A stretch of 64,000 nucleotides of DNA, taken from positions 64,001 to 128,000 of the forward strand of contig JBBISL010000003.1 of the NCBI GenBank assembly GCA_037441285.1. Direction: 5' to 3'. The notes beneath the pieces are model-generated. The model saw nothing but the letters and a program-made list of their open reading frames with translations, made no database searches and was not told where the DNA came from. Of the stretch, positions 26,420 to 35,516 are shown one piece after another. The translations under genes and the position numbers were made by a program. The first letter of the stretch is position 1, and the number at the start of each line of letters is the position of its first letter. Origin of the DNA: a candidate division WOR-3 bacterium (GTDB lineage Bacteria > Hydrothermota > Tepidihabitantia > Tepidihabitantales > Tepidihabitantaceae).

Positions 26420-27532
26420 TCAGTCAAGCGTATCGGTTTGCACCGGACGGGCGTTGACCCGTTGCCCATCGGTGAGTTTGGTCAGAACCTTGTAGGGACC
26501 GGTGATAACCTCGTCGCCGGGATTGATGCCGGCGACAATTTCAATGTCGGTATCGCTTGCCTTGCCGGTTTTGACCGGGGTGAGCACCGCCTTGCCATCT
26601 TTTACCAAAAACACGGTTTCGGTCTCTTTACCCGCCACTTTGCGCCGGCCCACCGCCTGAATCGGTACCGTGAGCACCGAGTCGAGTCGGGCGGTGATGA
26701 TTTCGGCGTGGCAGGTCATTCCCGGACGCAAGGATGATACCACGGTGCTGTCAATGGTGATAGTAACCTCAAAATTCGTTCCGCTTTCGGTTGCGCTCAG
26801 GAGTTTTTGTACCGGCATATAGCCCACCCGGGTGACTTTTCCGGTAAAGGTGGTGTCGGGCAGGGCGTCAACCGTAATCTGGGCGAACTGACCCGGTGCG
26901 ACATTGACAATATCGGTTTCGTCGACCTCAACCAGGGCTTCCATTGCGGACAGGTCGGCAAGGACCATCAGTACGGTACCGGGACTGTTCATCGTGCCGA
27001 TGACAACCGTTTCTCCTTCCTTGATGTTTAACTGGGAGACGATACCCGAGATTGGGGCGCAGATGACCGTTTTGTCAAACTGGTCTTGTGCCTGTAAAAA
27101 CTGGGCTTCAGCCGCCTCGTAGGCGGCGCGGGATGCTTCATACTGCTCCGGCGCGATGAGTCCGCGGGAGTAGAGGCTTTCAATTCGGGCATGTTTCAGT
27201 TTTATCTGGGTGAACTGGGCACGTGCCAGGATTAGTTGTGCTTCATAGGTCTGCCGGTCAAGTTCCAGGAGGGTGTCACCAGTCCGGACAAAGTCGCCTT
27301 CCTGGATGCGCAGTTTTTTAACTACACCCATCAGTTGCGCCTGAAGATTGACCTGAGTACGGGCGCGGAGCGTACCCGTGGCGGTAACTTTGGACAGGAT
27401 TGAACCGTAGTCGGCGGTTTCGGTTTCACAGAGGACGCCGGGTGAGCCCCGGGAACGGTTAAGGACGATGAAAAGGACGAGCAGGATAATAACTCCCAGG
27501 ACAACCAAAATGATGCGGAGCGGTTTTTTCAC
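26420..27532 (-). CDS. Periplasmic adaptor / membrane fusion protein (MacA-like)
   Basis: N-terminal TM; lipoyl halves around a helical hairpin; VDETDI, LRPGMT. Confidence 0.92.
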   Translation of the reverse strand: MKKPLRIILVVLGVIILLVLFIVLNRSRGSPGVLCETETADYGSILSKVTATGTLRARTQVNLQAQLMGVVKKLRIQEGDFVRTGDTLLELDRQTYEAQLILARAQFTQIKLKHARIESLYSRGLIAPEQYEASRAAYEAAEAQFLQAQDQFDKTVICAPISGIVSQLNIKEGETVVIGTMNSPGTVLMVLADLSAMEALVEVDETDIVNVAPGQFAQITVDALPDTTFTGKVTRVGYMPVQKLLSATESGTNFEVTITIDSTVVSSLRPGMTCHAEIITARLDSVLTVPIQAVGRRKVAGKETETVFLVKDGKAVLTPVKTGKASDTDIEIVAGINPGDEVITGPYKVLTKLTDGQRVNARPVQTDTLD

Positions 27533-27547
27533 GACACCTCCTTCAAC

Positions 27548-28813
27548 TTATTGCCCTTCAGTAAAGATATCGGTTTTGCCCAAAAGATAGCCAATCTGGG
27601 CGGTCTGGATGTAGGTGTCACAGAGCGCGGCAAGATAGGAAGCCTCGGCTTGCGCAAGGTTGACTTCAACTTCCAACAGGTCGTTTAAGGAATAGCTACC
27701 GAGTTCGTATTGCGAGCGGGCGAGGTTGTAGAGTTCCCGGTTGAGTTCTAAGTTGCGTTTTGCTTCGGTGTAACGGAGTTTCGCTTCTTCAAGGTCGAGA
27801 AGCGCGGATTGGGCTGCAGCCCGCAACTGGAAACGGGCGCGTGCCAGCGCGGCACGGGCGCGGCGTGAGCCGGCAATGGCGTCACCGATGGTAAGAAGCA
27901 AGGTTTTAATGTCAGCGATCGAGAAGGAAAAGCGGATGCCGTCGGTACGGTTTGCGTTCTTTTGCCAGGTACGATAGTTTTGGGGCAGGGTAGTGTCGAT
28001 GGTCGTCCAGGAACGATAAAGCGATACTGAAGGCAGGACGCGGGCAATGGCGGCACCGAGGTTTAGACGGGCAACGGTATTGAGATGCTGGCTCATACGG
28101 ACACTGATATTAACGCGCTCAATCGTCTTAAGCAGACTGTCGGGGTCGGTGATGGGAAAATCGGCGGGTGAATTGAGTTGTTCGGTTGCCCGGATTGGAC
28201 GAGGACGGTTGATGCCGGCGGTGGAGCGTAGTTTTTCCTGAGCCAAAGCGACATTTTTCTGGGCGCTTAACAGGTTGAGTTGTGTCTGGGAGTAGAAAAC
28301 TTCGCTGCGTAACAGGTCGATGCGCGACACCTGGCCAAGTTGGTAGCGTTCGGTAGTATAGTTGAGGTTTTCCGCTGCCTGCTGGAGGGCTTTCTGGGCG
28401 GCATCAAGCAGTAGTTGAGCCTTTAAAAGGTTTAGATAGTCGGTGGTGGTTTGAAAGATGAGGGCAGCGATTTTTTCCCGGGCGTCAAGAGAATAGTAAC
28501 GGGCGTTAACAACGCCATTTATGAAGCCGGCGAACACCGTTGGGTCAAACAACACCTGATTGATGGTCAGGGTACTGGTCCAGAGTGCTTGCCCGGACAT
28601 TTCCCTGGTCTGAGTGATGTTTACCTGAGGTGCGGGCAGGATGCCATTTAGCCCCTGACCTAAAGTCAACCAGCTCTGCAACCGGCCAGCACTGGCTTCA
28701 GTTGCCTGCGGGCTTTGTTTTAATGCGGTTTGTAGCGTTTGATTGAGGCTGAGGTAAAGGGTATCGTCAGGCGCTGGGGCGATGAAAAAAAGGAGAAGGG
28801 CAAAAAAATTCAT
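27548..28813 (-). CDS. TolC family outer-membrane efflux protein
   Basis: Signal peptide; two OEP halves (ERYQLGQVSRIDLL and QYELGSYSLNDLL). Confidence 0.88.
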   Translation of the reverse strand: MNFFALLLFFIAPAPDDTLYLSLNQTLQTALKQSPQATEASAGRLQSWLTLGQGLNGILPAPQVNITQTREMSGQALWTSTLTINQVLFDPTVFAGFINGVVNARYYSLDAREKIAALIFQTTTDYLNLLKAQLLLDAAQKALQQAAENLNYTTERYQLGQVSRIDLLRSEVFYSQTQLNLLSAQKNVALAQEKLRSTAGINRPRPIRATEQLNSPADFPITDPDSLLKTIERVNISVRMSQHLNTVARLNLGAAIARVLPSVSLYRSWTTIDTTLPQNYRTWQKNANRTDGIRFSFSIADIKTLLLTIGDAIAGSRRARAALARARFQLRAAAQSALLDLEEAKLRYTEAKRNLELNRELYNLARSQYELGSYSLNDLLEVEVNLAQAEASYLAALCDTYIQTAQIGYLLGKTDIFTEGQ

Positions 28814-28819
28814 TACTAT

Positions 28820-29575
28820 TTATCCCAGTGCCAGACCACCGGAGAGTGATATTAAAGCAGCAATGATGAGGACATAGCAGAACCAGATGAGAAATACGAC
28901 CAGAACGGTGTTTCTCATTTTAAGGTTGAAGATGACTTTAAGCCCGAGGCTAACAAGAATTAGTTCCCAGATGGTGAAGATGTCAATGCAGGCGAAAACT
29001 CCGCGGAGATAAACCGGAGCATTAGCGGCGAGCGGGGCAAGGCTGGTGGCAGCGGTCAGATTGCCGGTGGCAAGGATTATGATGATGTGAAACAGAGAGG
29101 CAGGGATGCGGACGAGCGCGGCGTTGGTGGTGATGGCGAAGGTGCGGCCAAAGCTGGAGGAGGAGCCGAGCAGGGGCAGAAGTAGATTGAGGATTGTGCT
29201 CCAGATGACGATTTGCAACCCCGACCAGACCACGGCGGGCAGGCTGCGGACAAAAAAGCGGAAAAACAGTTTCAACCAGGAGGCGTTCTGGTAGAACTCG
29301 ATTTCGGAATGGGACATATCCTCGATACGCTTGAGCGCCGCCTCATACTGGTCTGCTGGCATCTTGCCTTTTTCCATTTGGGCTTCAAGAAAATCTTTGG
29401 TCTTGGCGATGCGGGATTCGATACTGGCTACGAGGCGGGGGCGCGGTAAAAATGAGCTGCCAATGGTAGCAATGAAGAGCGGCAAAATCAGGGCAAGGAT
29501 GAGCGGTGCGGTCCAGGTTGGTTTGTTACTTAACTCCTGAAAGCGGCGGGTCGGCGCGGAGATGATTTGCCACAT
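28820..29575 (-). CDS. Yip1-domain membrane protein
   Basis: IISAP..F..L..P, IDIFTIW, several TM helices; start moved to ATG 29575 (GGAGG upstream). Confidence 0.8.
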   Translation of the reverse strand: MWQIISAPTRRFQELSNKPTWTAPLILALILPLFIATIGSSFLPRPRLVASIESRIAKTKDFLEAQMEKGKMPADQYEAALKRIEDMSHSEIEFYQNASWLKLFFRFFVRSLPAVVWSGLQIVIWSTILNLLLPLLGSSSSFGRTFAITTNAALVRIPASLFHIIIILATGNLTAATSLAPLAANAPVYLRGVFACIDIFTIWELILVSLGLKVIFNLKMRNTVLVVFLIWFCYVLIIAALISLSGGLALG

Positions 29576-29582
29576 CGGGACA

Positions 29583-30980
29583 TTACCTCCTTTTCCCGGC
29601 GGTTTTTGTGCTGATGCCGGTGTGTTGAGCATTCTGGCGAAACTGGGGCCAGAGGGAACGGGCGGGTGGTGCATCGCCGTAAAAGGCGTAGAGACCACCA
29701 TCCCAGGAGCCAATATACACTGTGCCATCAGGACCGATGGTGGGTGATGATGTGTAATACAGGTCCTTGTCTTCCCAGGCAACATCCTGTTTGAAGAGGA
29801 TTCGGCCTGAAGCGGTGAAGGCGTAGAAAGTGCCGTCGTCGGGCAAAATGTAAACCGTACCGTTGTCACTTACCGCTGGTGTGGAACAAACCACATCATT
29901 CATTTCGTAAATAATCTTTGTCCGGCCCGTGTCGGATTTCGCACAAAGGTAGTAACCATCAGTGCCCCAGTACATCGTACCATCAGGGCTATAGACAACC
30001 TCGGTTCGGATTTCATCCTCATCCGGAACCGGAATCCGCCAGCGCAGCCTGCCATCGGGTCTCAGGGCGTAAATGAAGCCATCGGAGCAGCCGATACGGA
30101 TGTTACCCTGTTCATCCGGAACCGGGGCGGGAAAGAAATAGGTTTCATCACCGGTACCAAAAGCCCAGCGTCTTTTGCCTCGGTTTGTGAAGCAGTATAC
30201 CGAGTCGGTGGCGATGTAGATTAGCCCATTACGGGCAATCGTTGGGGAAGATGTGGCTTCTTCTCCGACATTGACGCGCCAGCGAATTTTACCTTGAGGG
30301 GTTAGGGCGAACAGGGTGCCACTGTCGTTGACGATGTAGATTGAGCCGTCGGTATAAACCGTCGCCGGGGTCCAAAGTTCGTTTTCGAGGTTTATTGACC
30401 AGTGGATGTTGCCCGTGGTATCAAGGCAGTAAAGGTGGGAGTCGAGTGCGGGAATATAGATTTTGCCGGCGTGAATTGTTGCTGCGGAGTAAATCGGGCC
30501 CCGGGCGGTAAAGGTCCAGCGCAATTCACCGTTAGAAGAGAAGGAGTAGAAGGTACCGGTTTCATCGCCGATGTACACATTGCCCATTTCGTCAATTGCC
30601 GGGGTGGCAACAACCGGACCAGATGTCGGTGCAAACCATTTGAGCAAGGACGGGACAACCTGGACCGAACAGGGCTGGCTCCAGGTTGATTGGTTGCCGA
30701 TGGAGTCTTTTGCCATTACCCGGATGGCGAATTTACCGGTCGAATGATAGCGATGGTAACGGGTAATATCAGTCAACGAACGCAGCGGTCCGGTCCAGTC
30801 AAGGGTCTCGCCATCGCCCCAGTCAATTTTGTAGAAGAGCGGCAAAGGGTTACGGGCTTCTGGGAAAATGGTGAGTTCCAGTTCGTTTATTGTGTCAACA
30901 CGCAAAGGATAAACGAACGAGTCCGGCGGCACAATCTGTGCCGGTTCAATCAATGAAAGTATCAATAGGAAAGGCATCAT
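29583..30980 (-). CDS. Secreted PKD-like plus PQQ-like beta-propeller protein
   Basis: IDWGDG; repeats S(S/T)P.I...G.VYIG..DG..YA; WPQFRQNAQHTG. Confidence 0.85.
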   Translation of the reverse strand: MMPFLLILSLIEPAQIVPPDSFVYPLRVDTINELELTIFPEARNPLPLFYKIDWGDGETLDWTGPLRSLTDITRYHRYHSTGKFAIRVMAKDSIGNQSTWSQPCSVQVVPSLLKWFAPTSGPVVATPAIDEMGNVYIGDETGTFYSFSSNGELRWTFTARGPIYSAATIHAGKIYIPALDSHLYCLDTTGNIHWSINLENELWTPATVYTDGSIYIVNDSGTLFALTPQGKIRWRVNVGEEATSSPTIARNGLIYIATDSVYCFTNRGKRRWAFGTGDETYFFPAPVPDEQGNIRIGCSDGFIYALRPDGRLRWRIPVPDEDEIRTEVVYSPDGTMYWGTDGYYLCAKSDTGRTKIIYEMNDVVCSTPAVSDNGTVYILPDDGTFYAFTASGRILFKQDVAWEDKDLYYTSSPTIGPDGTVYIGSWDGGLYAFYGDAPPARSLWPQFRQNAQHTGISTKTAGKRR

Positions 30981-31030
30981 AATGGTAAATAGTAAATGTT
31001 AATGGGTTATTGTCAACTGTTTGTGGTCAG

Positions 31031-31960
31031 TTAACCGAGGAAATATGCCCGGTAAATCGAATCTTCGATGAGCGGGCGGGCGATGGCAACATCCTGTTTG
31101 ATTTGCGCCTTGAGTGCCTCCGGGCTATCAAATCGGATTTCGGGTCGGATGCGTTCAAGAAAATGGACGGTAACCTTTGCCACTTCCGGGGCATTTGCCG
31201 GGTAATCAAGGAGATGGATTTCTATCGTCCGGTTGTTTCCGCCAAATGTCGGGCGAAAGCCGATGTTGAGAACACCGCCAAAGTTTCCCAGAGGGGTTTC
31301 AGCGATAGCCGCATAAACACCTTCGGCGGGTAACAGCTTTTCCCGATGCAGCGGTTGCAGGTTGATAGTTGGAAAGCCAAGCCGTCGGCCGGTGCCAGAG
31401 CCGCGGGTAACCTTGCCGGTGAAGGCATAAGGTCGACCTAAAAGTTCTGCGGCAAGACGGACATGGCCTAATACGAGGTGTTCCCGAATCCGGGTACTTT
31501 TTACCGGTGCGCCGAGGTGATGAAATTCCGGAACTGTTTCTAATTGGATACCGTGAGGTTTTAAGAGAGATGCGAGGAGGTTGATGTCGCCTCTGCCATC
31601 TTTGCCAAAGCGGTGGTCCACGCCGAGGACTAAAACCGCGGGTTGCAGGGGCTGGACGATGTAACTTTTGATAAACTGTTCGGGCTCGGTTGAACGCAGT
31701 TGCTGGTTAAATTCAATGAGATAGGTGAACTGGATGCCCAGTTCGGTGAGGAGTGGAATCTTTTCGTCAATTGTCGTCAGGAGGTAGGGGAAATCAGGGT
31801 GGAGAAGTTGGGCGGGCAAAGGGTGAAAGGTCACCATTGCTGGAATGCCGTGGATGGCTCGGGCGATTTCCTGAACCCGGTGGATGATTGCCTGATGGCC
31901 GAGATGCAACCCATCAAAGCTGCCGATGGTTAATACCAACTGACTCTTTTCAATCGGCAT
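31031..31960 (-). CDS. ribF: Bifunctional riboflavin kinase / FAD synthetase
   Basis: IGSFDGLHLGHQ, STRIR, GRRLGFPTIN, IGFRPT, EIHLLD. Confidence 0.95.
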   Translation of the reverse strand: MPIEKSQLVLTIGSFDGLHLGHQAIIHRVQEIARAIHGIPAMVTFHPLPAQLLHPDFPYLLTTIDEKIPLLTELGIQFTYLIEFNQQLRSTEPEQFIKSYIVQPLQPAVLVLGVDHRFGKDGRGDINLLASLLKPHGIQLETVPEFHHLGAPVKSTRIREHLVLGHVRLAAELLGRPYAFTGKVTRGSGTGRRLGFPTINLQPLHREKLLPAEGVYAAIAETPLGNFGGVLNIGFRPTFGGNNRTIEIHLLDYPANAPEVAKVTVHFLERIRPEIRFDSPEALKAQIKQDVAIARPLIEDSIYRAYFLG

Positions 31961-32891
31961 AAATCACCCTTACGGGTTTGATTCGGTTGTCGGATATTTT
32001 AACCAGCGCAAGGAAGCTGTTGTCAGGAGAAAGGGCAAGCGAGATATCGGGTAATGGGTTGAGTAAGGACTGGTTACGGTTCTGGGCTTCAGGTAAGGTT
32101 ATGTTTAAAACAGGAAGGGTGATGATTTTCCCCTGAAGGAGCATCCCCGCCTGTTCTGGTGTTATGGTAATTCGGGGGAGTTGAGTTAGCGCCTGTTCAA
32201 CCGGAATAAGAAAATTTTTCCAATCGGCTTCGGGCGCAGTTAGGTTTTCAAGAGAGACCGCGGTCTCGAGGGTGAAATTGCCGACTTTTTTTCTGGTTAG
32301 ACCGGTCAGGGTGGCACAGGAGTTGAGGGCGAAACCGATGTCCCGCACCAGACTGCGAATGTAAGTGCCGCTGGAGACAAGGCAACGGATAGTGGCGCAG
32401 GGTGGTTGCCAGTTGAGCAGATTTAGTTCATAGACTGTAACCAGCCGGGGATGCGGGGTAAATTCCACACCCTGCCGTGCCAGTTTATAGAGCGGCGTGC
32501 CCGCATTTTTCAATGCGGAAAACCGGGGTGGGGTCTGTTCAAATTCACCGGTGAATCGGTGCACGATGATTCTTTCCGCCTCTTCAGAGTTAATCTGTGG
32601 TACCGCGGCGGTCGCAATGGTTTTGCCCGTGATGTCGTCGGTATCGGTTTGAATCCCGAACCGAATTTCGGCTTCGTACTCCTTGGGCTGATTGAGCAAA
32701 AAACGGCTGATTTTGGTCGCCTCGTTTATCAGAATTAGCAATACCCCGGTTCCGATTGGGTCCAGGGTGCCGGCATGACCAATTCTTTTCGGTTTGAGCA
32801 AAGGTTTAAGACGCCGGATTATATCATAAGAAGAAATTCCAGCCGGTTTGTTGATGTTCAAAAGCCCGCGCATCCGGATAGTTGCCGTCAC
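31950..32891 (-). CDS. truB: tRNA pseudouridine(55) synthase
   Basis: NKPAG, GHAGTLDP, PP.FSALK, SSGTYIRSL. Confidence 0.96.
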   Translation of the reverse strand: MTATIRMRGLLNINKPAGISSYDIIRRLKPLLKPKRIGHAGTLDPIGTGVLLILINEATKISRFLLNQPKEYEAEIRFGIQTDTDDITGKTIATAAVPQINSEEAERIIVHRFTGEFEQTPPRFSALKNAGTPLYKLARQGVEFTPHPRLVTVYELNLLNWQPPCATIRCLVSSGTYIRSLVRDIGFALNSCATLTGLTRKKVGNFTLETAVSLENLTAPEADWKNFLIPVEQALTQLPRITITPEQAGMLLQGKIITLPVLNITLPEAQNRNQSLLNPLPDISLALSPDNSFLALVKISDNRIKPVRVIYAD

Positions 32892-33292
32892 TTTTCATCT
32901 GATGGGGTGTTGTCTTCGTTGTTGTTACGGTCGGGAGCTTCTTTTTCTTCCTCCTCCGGGTTAAGCTGGTCGAGGATTTCGCCGATGCGTTGCTCTTCGA
33001 TGAGAATTTCGTCCAGTTCGAAGTGAAGCTCTGGTAAAAACTTCAGCTTAAGTCGTTGACCAAGAAGGCGCCGGATAAACCTTCGGGCGTGTTCAAGACG
33101 AGTGCGGGAGCGCTGGCGCTGGTTTTCATCACCCATTACCGAGATATAGACGGTGGCGTTACGCAGGTCCCGGGAAAGAGAACAACGGGTAATTGTAACA
33201 AAGCCAATCGCCGGGTCCGAAAGTTTTGTCAGCACGATGTCGGCGACGATGTCCCGAATTGCGTCCGCGACCCTCAAATCCCGATGTTGCAT
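32888..33292 (-). CDS. rbfA: Ribosome-binding factor A
   Basis: DPAIGFVTIT..SRDLRNATVY..PELHF.LD; directly precedes truB. Confidence 0.93.
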   Translation of the reverse strand: MQHRDLRVADAIRDIVADIVLTKLSDPAIGFVTITRCSLSRDLRNATVYISVMGDENQRQRSRTRLEHARRFIRRLLGQRLKLKFLPELHFELDEILIEEQRIGEILDQLNPEEEEKEAPDRNNNEDNTPSDEK

Positions 33293-33297
33293 ACGCT

Positions 33298-33366
33298 ATT
33301 TTAAACAAATCTGGTATTATTGTCCAGTTAGCAAATCTTTGACATCACGCCGATTGAAGTTAAATT
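33298..33366. promoter_or_regulatory. Back-to-back sigma-70 promoters for rbfA (-) and the SpoIID gene (+)
   Basis: Minus: TGGACA-17-TAAAAT-5-ATG. Plus: TTGACA-16-TAAATT-7-ATG. Confidence 0.6.
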
Positions 33367-33373
33367 GGTGTCA

Positions 33374-34615
33374 ATGGTGGTAAAGCAAGTTTCCTTCGGG
33401 TTTTTTCGTCCGGTTAAAGTGATTGGGGCGGGAGGTTTAACCGTACTAAGTCTGGTGATTTTTATAGCCTGTTACCATTACTCAACGCCCACGCAACACC
33501 GTTTTTCTTCGGGTAAGGAGATTTTTGTTCGGGTGCGATTGAGTGTCGGACATTACAGCGTAAAACTGAAAGGAGCGCAAGGGTTGCTTATAATGACAAA
33601 TGATTTACGCTATGAAGTTGGTCCGGAAAAGGCTGTTGTGCTGGACCAGGAGGACAACCGGATTGCGGTGAAGTTGATTGATGGGAGAAGTTATCGTGGG
33701 GTCCCGACACTCTGGCAAAGTACCAATGACACAGTATTTTTTTTCAGCACTGGACTGATTGAAGTTGAAGGTAGACGGTATCGGGGTGAAATTCGGGCGT
33801 TCATCGTTCCCGACACCGGTATCGTGGTGGTGAACAAACTGACACTTGAGCAGTATCTGTATGGTGTGGTGCCGGCAGAAATCGGACCAATTAAACCCGA
33901 GACATTTGAAGCGGTAAAAGCCCAGGCGGTTGCCGCTCGCAGTTTTACGCTGACCCGGCTAAGGATGCGATGCGGCCTGGGTTATGAACTTTACGACAGT
34001 TATCTCCGGGACCAGGAGTATCAAGGGGCGGATAGGGAGGTTGGTCTTGGAAACAAGGCGGTTGATGAGACAAAAGGTGAGGTGCTGATGTTTAACGATG
34101 AGGTCGCGGTAGCACTTTATCACGGGAATTGTGGTGGGATTACTGCCGATGGTTCAGAACCTTACCTTCGGTCAGTTTACGACACACCGGGAAATCGCGC
34201 TGGGGCACAGCCATTTTGTGCTTCGAGTAAAAACTATTACTGGCGTCGGAGTGTGTCTCAGGACAGTGTAGAATTGGTATTAATGCAATTAAAGGGTTGG
34301 AAAAACAAACCCAAATTGCGCGGTTTTAGGCTGGAGAAAGACCGACTGAATAAAAGAGTAACAAGGGTTCGATTCCAAACCGACCGAGGTGAGGTTGCGG
34401 TCGATGGCAGTCAATTCCGGCTTGCCCTTGGTTTGAAGTCCACATTTTTTCAAATGAAACTTTTAGCCCGCCGTTTTAGTTTTGAAGGTCGAGGCTGGGG
34501 CCATGGGGTTGGCTTATGTCAGGATGGGGCGATTGCCATGGCACTTAAGGGATACAACTACCGCCAGATTTTAAGCCATTACTATCCGGCGTTGCGAATT
34601 AAAAAGGTGTATTAA
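33374..34615 (+). CDS. SpoIID/LytB domain lytic transglycosylase
   Basis: RYRG, LEQYLYGVVPAE, EAVKAQAVAARS, GWGHGVGLCQDGA, ILSHYYP. Confidence 0.92.
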   Translation: MVVKQVSFGFFRPVKVIGAGGLTVLSLVIFIACYHYSTPTQHRFSSGKEIFVRVRLSVGHYSVKLKGAQGLLIMTNDLRYEVGPEKAVVLDQEDNRIAVKLIDGRSYRGVPTLWQSTNDTVFFFSTGLIEVEGRRYRGEIRAFIVPDTGIVVVNKLTLEQYLYGVVPAEIGPIKPETFEAVKAQAVAARSFTLTRLRMRCGLGYELYDSYLRDQEYQGADREVGLGNKAVDETKGEVLMFNDEVAVALYHGNCGGITADGSEPYLRSVYDTPGNRAGAQPFCASSKNYYWRRSVSQDSVELVLMQLKGWKNKPKLRGFRLEKDRLNKRVTRVRFQTDRGEVAVDGSQFRLALGLKSTFFQMKLLARRFSFEGRGWGHGVGLCQDGAIAMALKGYNYRQILSHYYPALRIKKVY

Positions 34616-35214
34616 CCCCGAGGTTGGGCAGAAGATTCGGTCTCGGTTTCCTTATCTTCCGGTACATCGGTAACGAACACGGCGGCGGCAACAACCGTTG
34701 TCCACAGGCCATTTTTATTGCCGATGGCGCTCTGGGTGATGTTCTGGGTGCGGACAATCTCTTTGGCGATTTTCCACACCTCTTTCCGTTTGTCGTAACT
34801 GAGGTCCGGGTCAAAGGGTACGCCCAGGGTGGTGGCAAGCATCTGCGCGGCAAGGTCTTCGGCATAATCGCCGGCTTTTTCTTCTCGCTCACCGAAAGAG
34901 TGGTATTCGGAGAGGTAGCCGTAGCGCGATGGGTCCTTGGGGATAGCGATACCGATGGATGCGGCGATGAGCCGGTGCGGTTCGTTAGTGGCGTTATCAC
35001 TGATAACTACAAACAGCACCTGGCCCGGTTTCAACAGATTCAAACCGCGCGTGCGTGAAATAATCCGGCAATAGGGCGGAAAGATAGAAGAGACGCGCAC
35101 CAGGTTGAAGGGAGCGATGCCCGCATCGCGCAATGCCGCCTCAAAACTGGCGAGGCGTTCTCGATGAACACCAACCCCTTTGGTGAGGAATACATAACGA
35201 GGCAAGATGACCAT
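34612..35214 (-). CDS. pdaD: Pyruvoyl-dependent arginine decarboxylase
   Basis: SFEAALRDAGI..NLVRVSSIFPP (Ser-Ser autocleavage site), GYLSE. Confidence 0.9.
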   Translation of the reverse strand: MVILPRYVFLTKGVGVHRERLASFEAALRDAGIAPFNLVRVSSIFPPYCRIISRTRGLNLLKPGQVLFVVISDNATNEPHRLIAASIGIAIPKDPSRYGYLSEYHSFGEREEKAGDYAEDLAAQMLATTLGVPFDPDLSYDKRKEVWKIAKEIVRTQNITQSAIGNKNGLWTTVVAAAVFVTDVPEDKETETESSAQPRG

Positions 35215-35236
35215 CTACCCCCCTAAAAGCAAAAGG

Positions 35237-35309
35237 TGGAGCAGACCAGATTTGAACTGGCGACCTCCAGAGTGCGATTCTGGCGCTCTCCCAACTGAGC
35301 TACTGCCCC
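35237..35309 (-). tRNA. tRNA-Ala(CGC), CCA not fully encoded
   Basis: GGGGCAGTAGCTCAGTTGGGAGAGCGCCAGAAT-CGC-ACTCTGGAGGTCGCCAGTTCAAATCTGGTCTGCTCCA; cloverleaf with G3:U70; followed by CCT. Confidence 0.95.
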
Positions 35310-35426
35310 AGGTACTTTTACCGCATGTGCCGTATTCAAGGCAACATGCTCCGTTTGAACCCCGAACCGCCAGCAACTGCCTGTGCCGGTCCGGATTGAA
35401 AAGTTATTTGGTTCACTGCCGAATGA

Positions 35427-35454
35427 ATTGTAAGCAAGCGCCGGCATTTGTCAA
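35427..35454 (-). promoter_or_regulatory. Sigma-70 promoter for tRNA-Ala-pdaD
   Basis: TTGACA-16-TACAAT. Confidence 0.7.
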
Positions 35455-35516
35455 TAGATGAGTTTCGTGGAAACCCGGTCTCTTGACCTAAAGCGGTTTC
35501 CACATACAATCAGTTT

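Noticed and set aside
26003..26737. 244-aa plus-strand ORF over the ABC ATPase and adaptor genes
   Set aside because: Antisense shadow typical of codon bias in these genes
29576..29869. N-terminal extension of the Yip1 ORF
   Set aside because: Overlaps the propeller gene in another frame; ATG 29575 with upstream GGAGG is the better start
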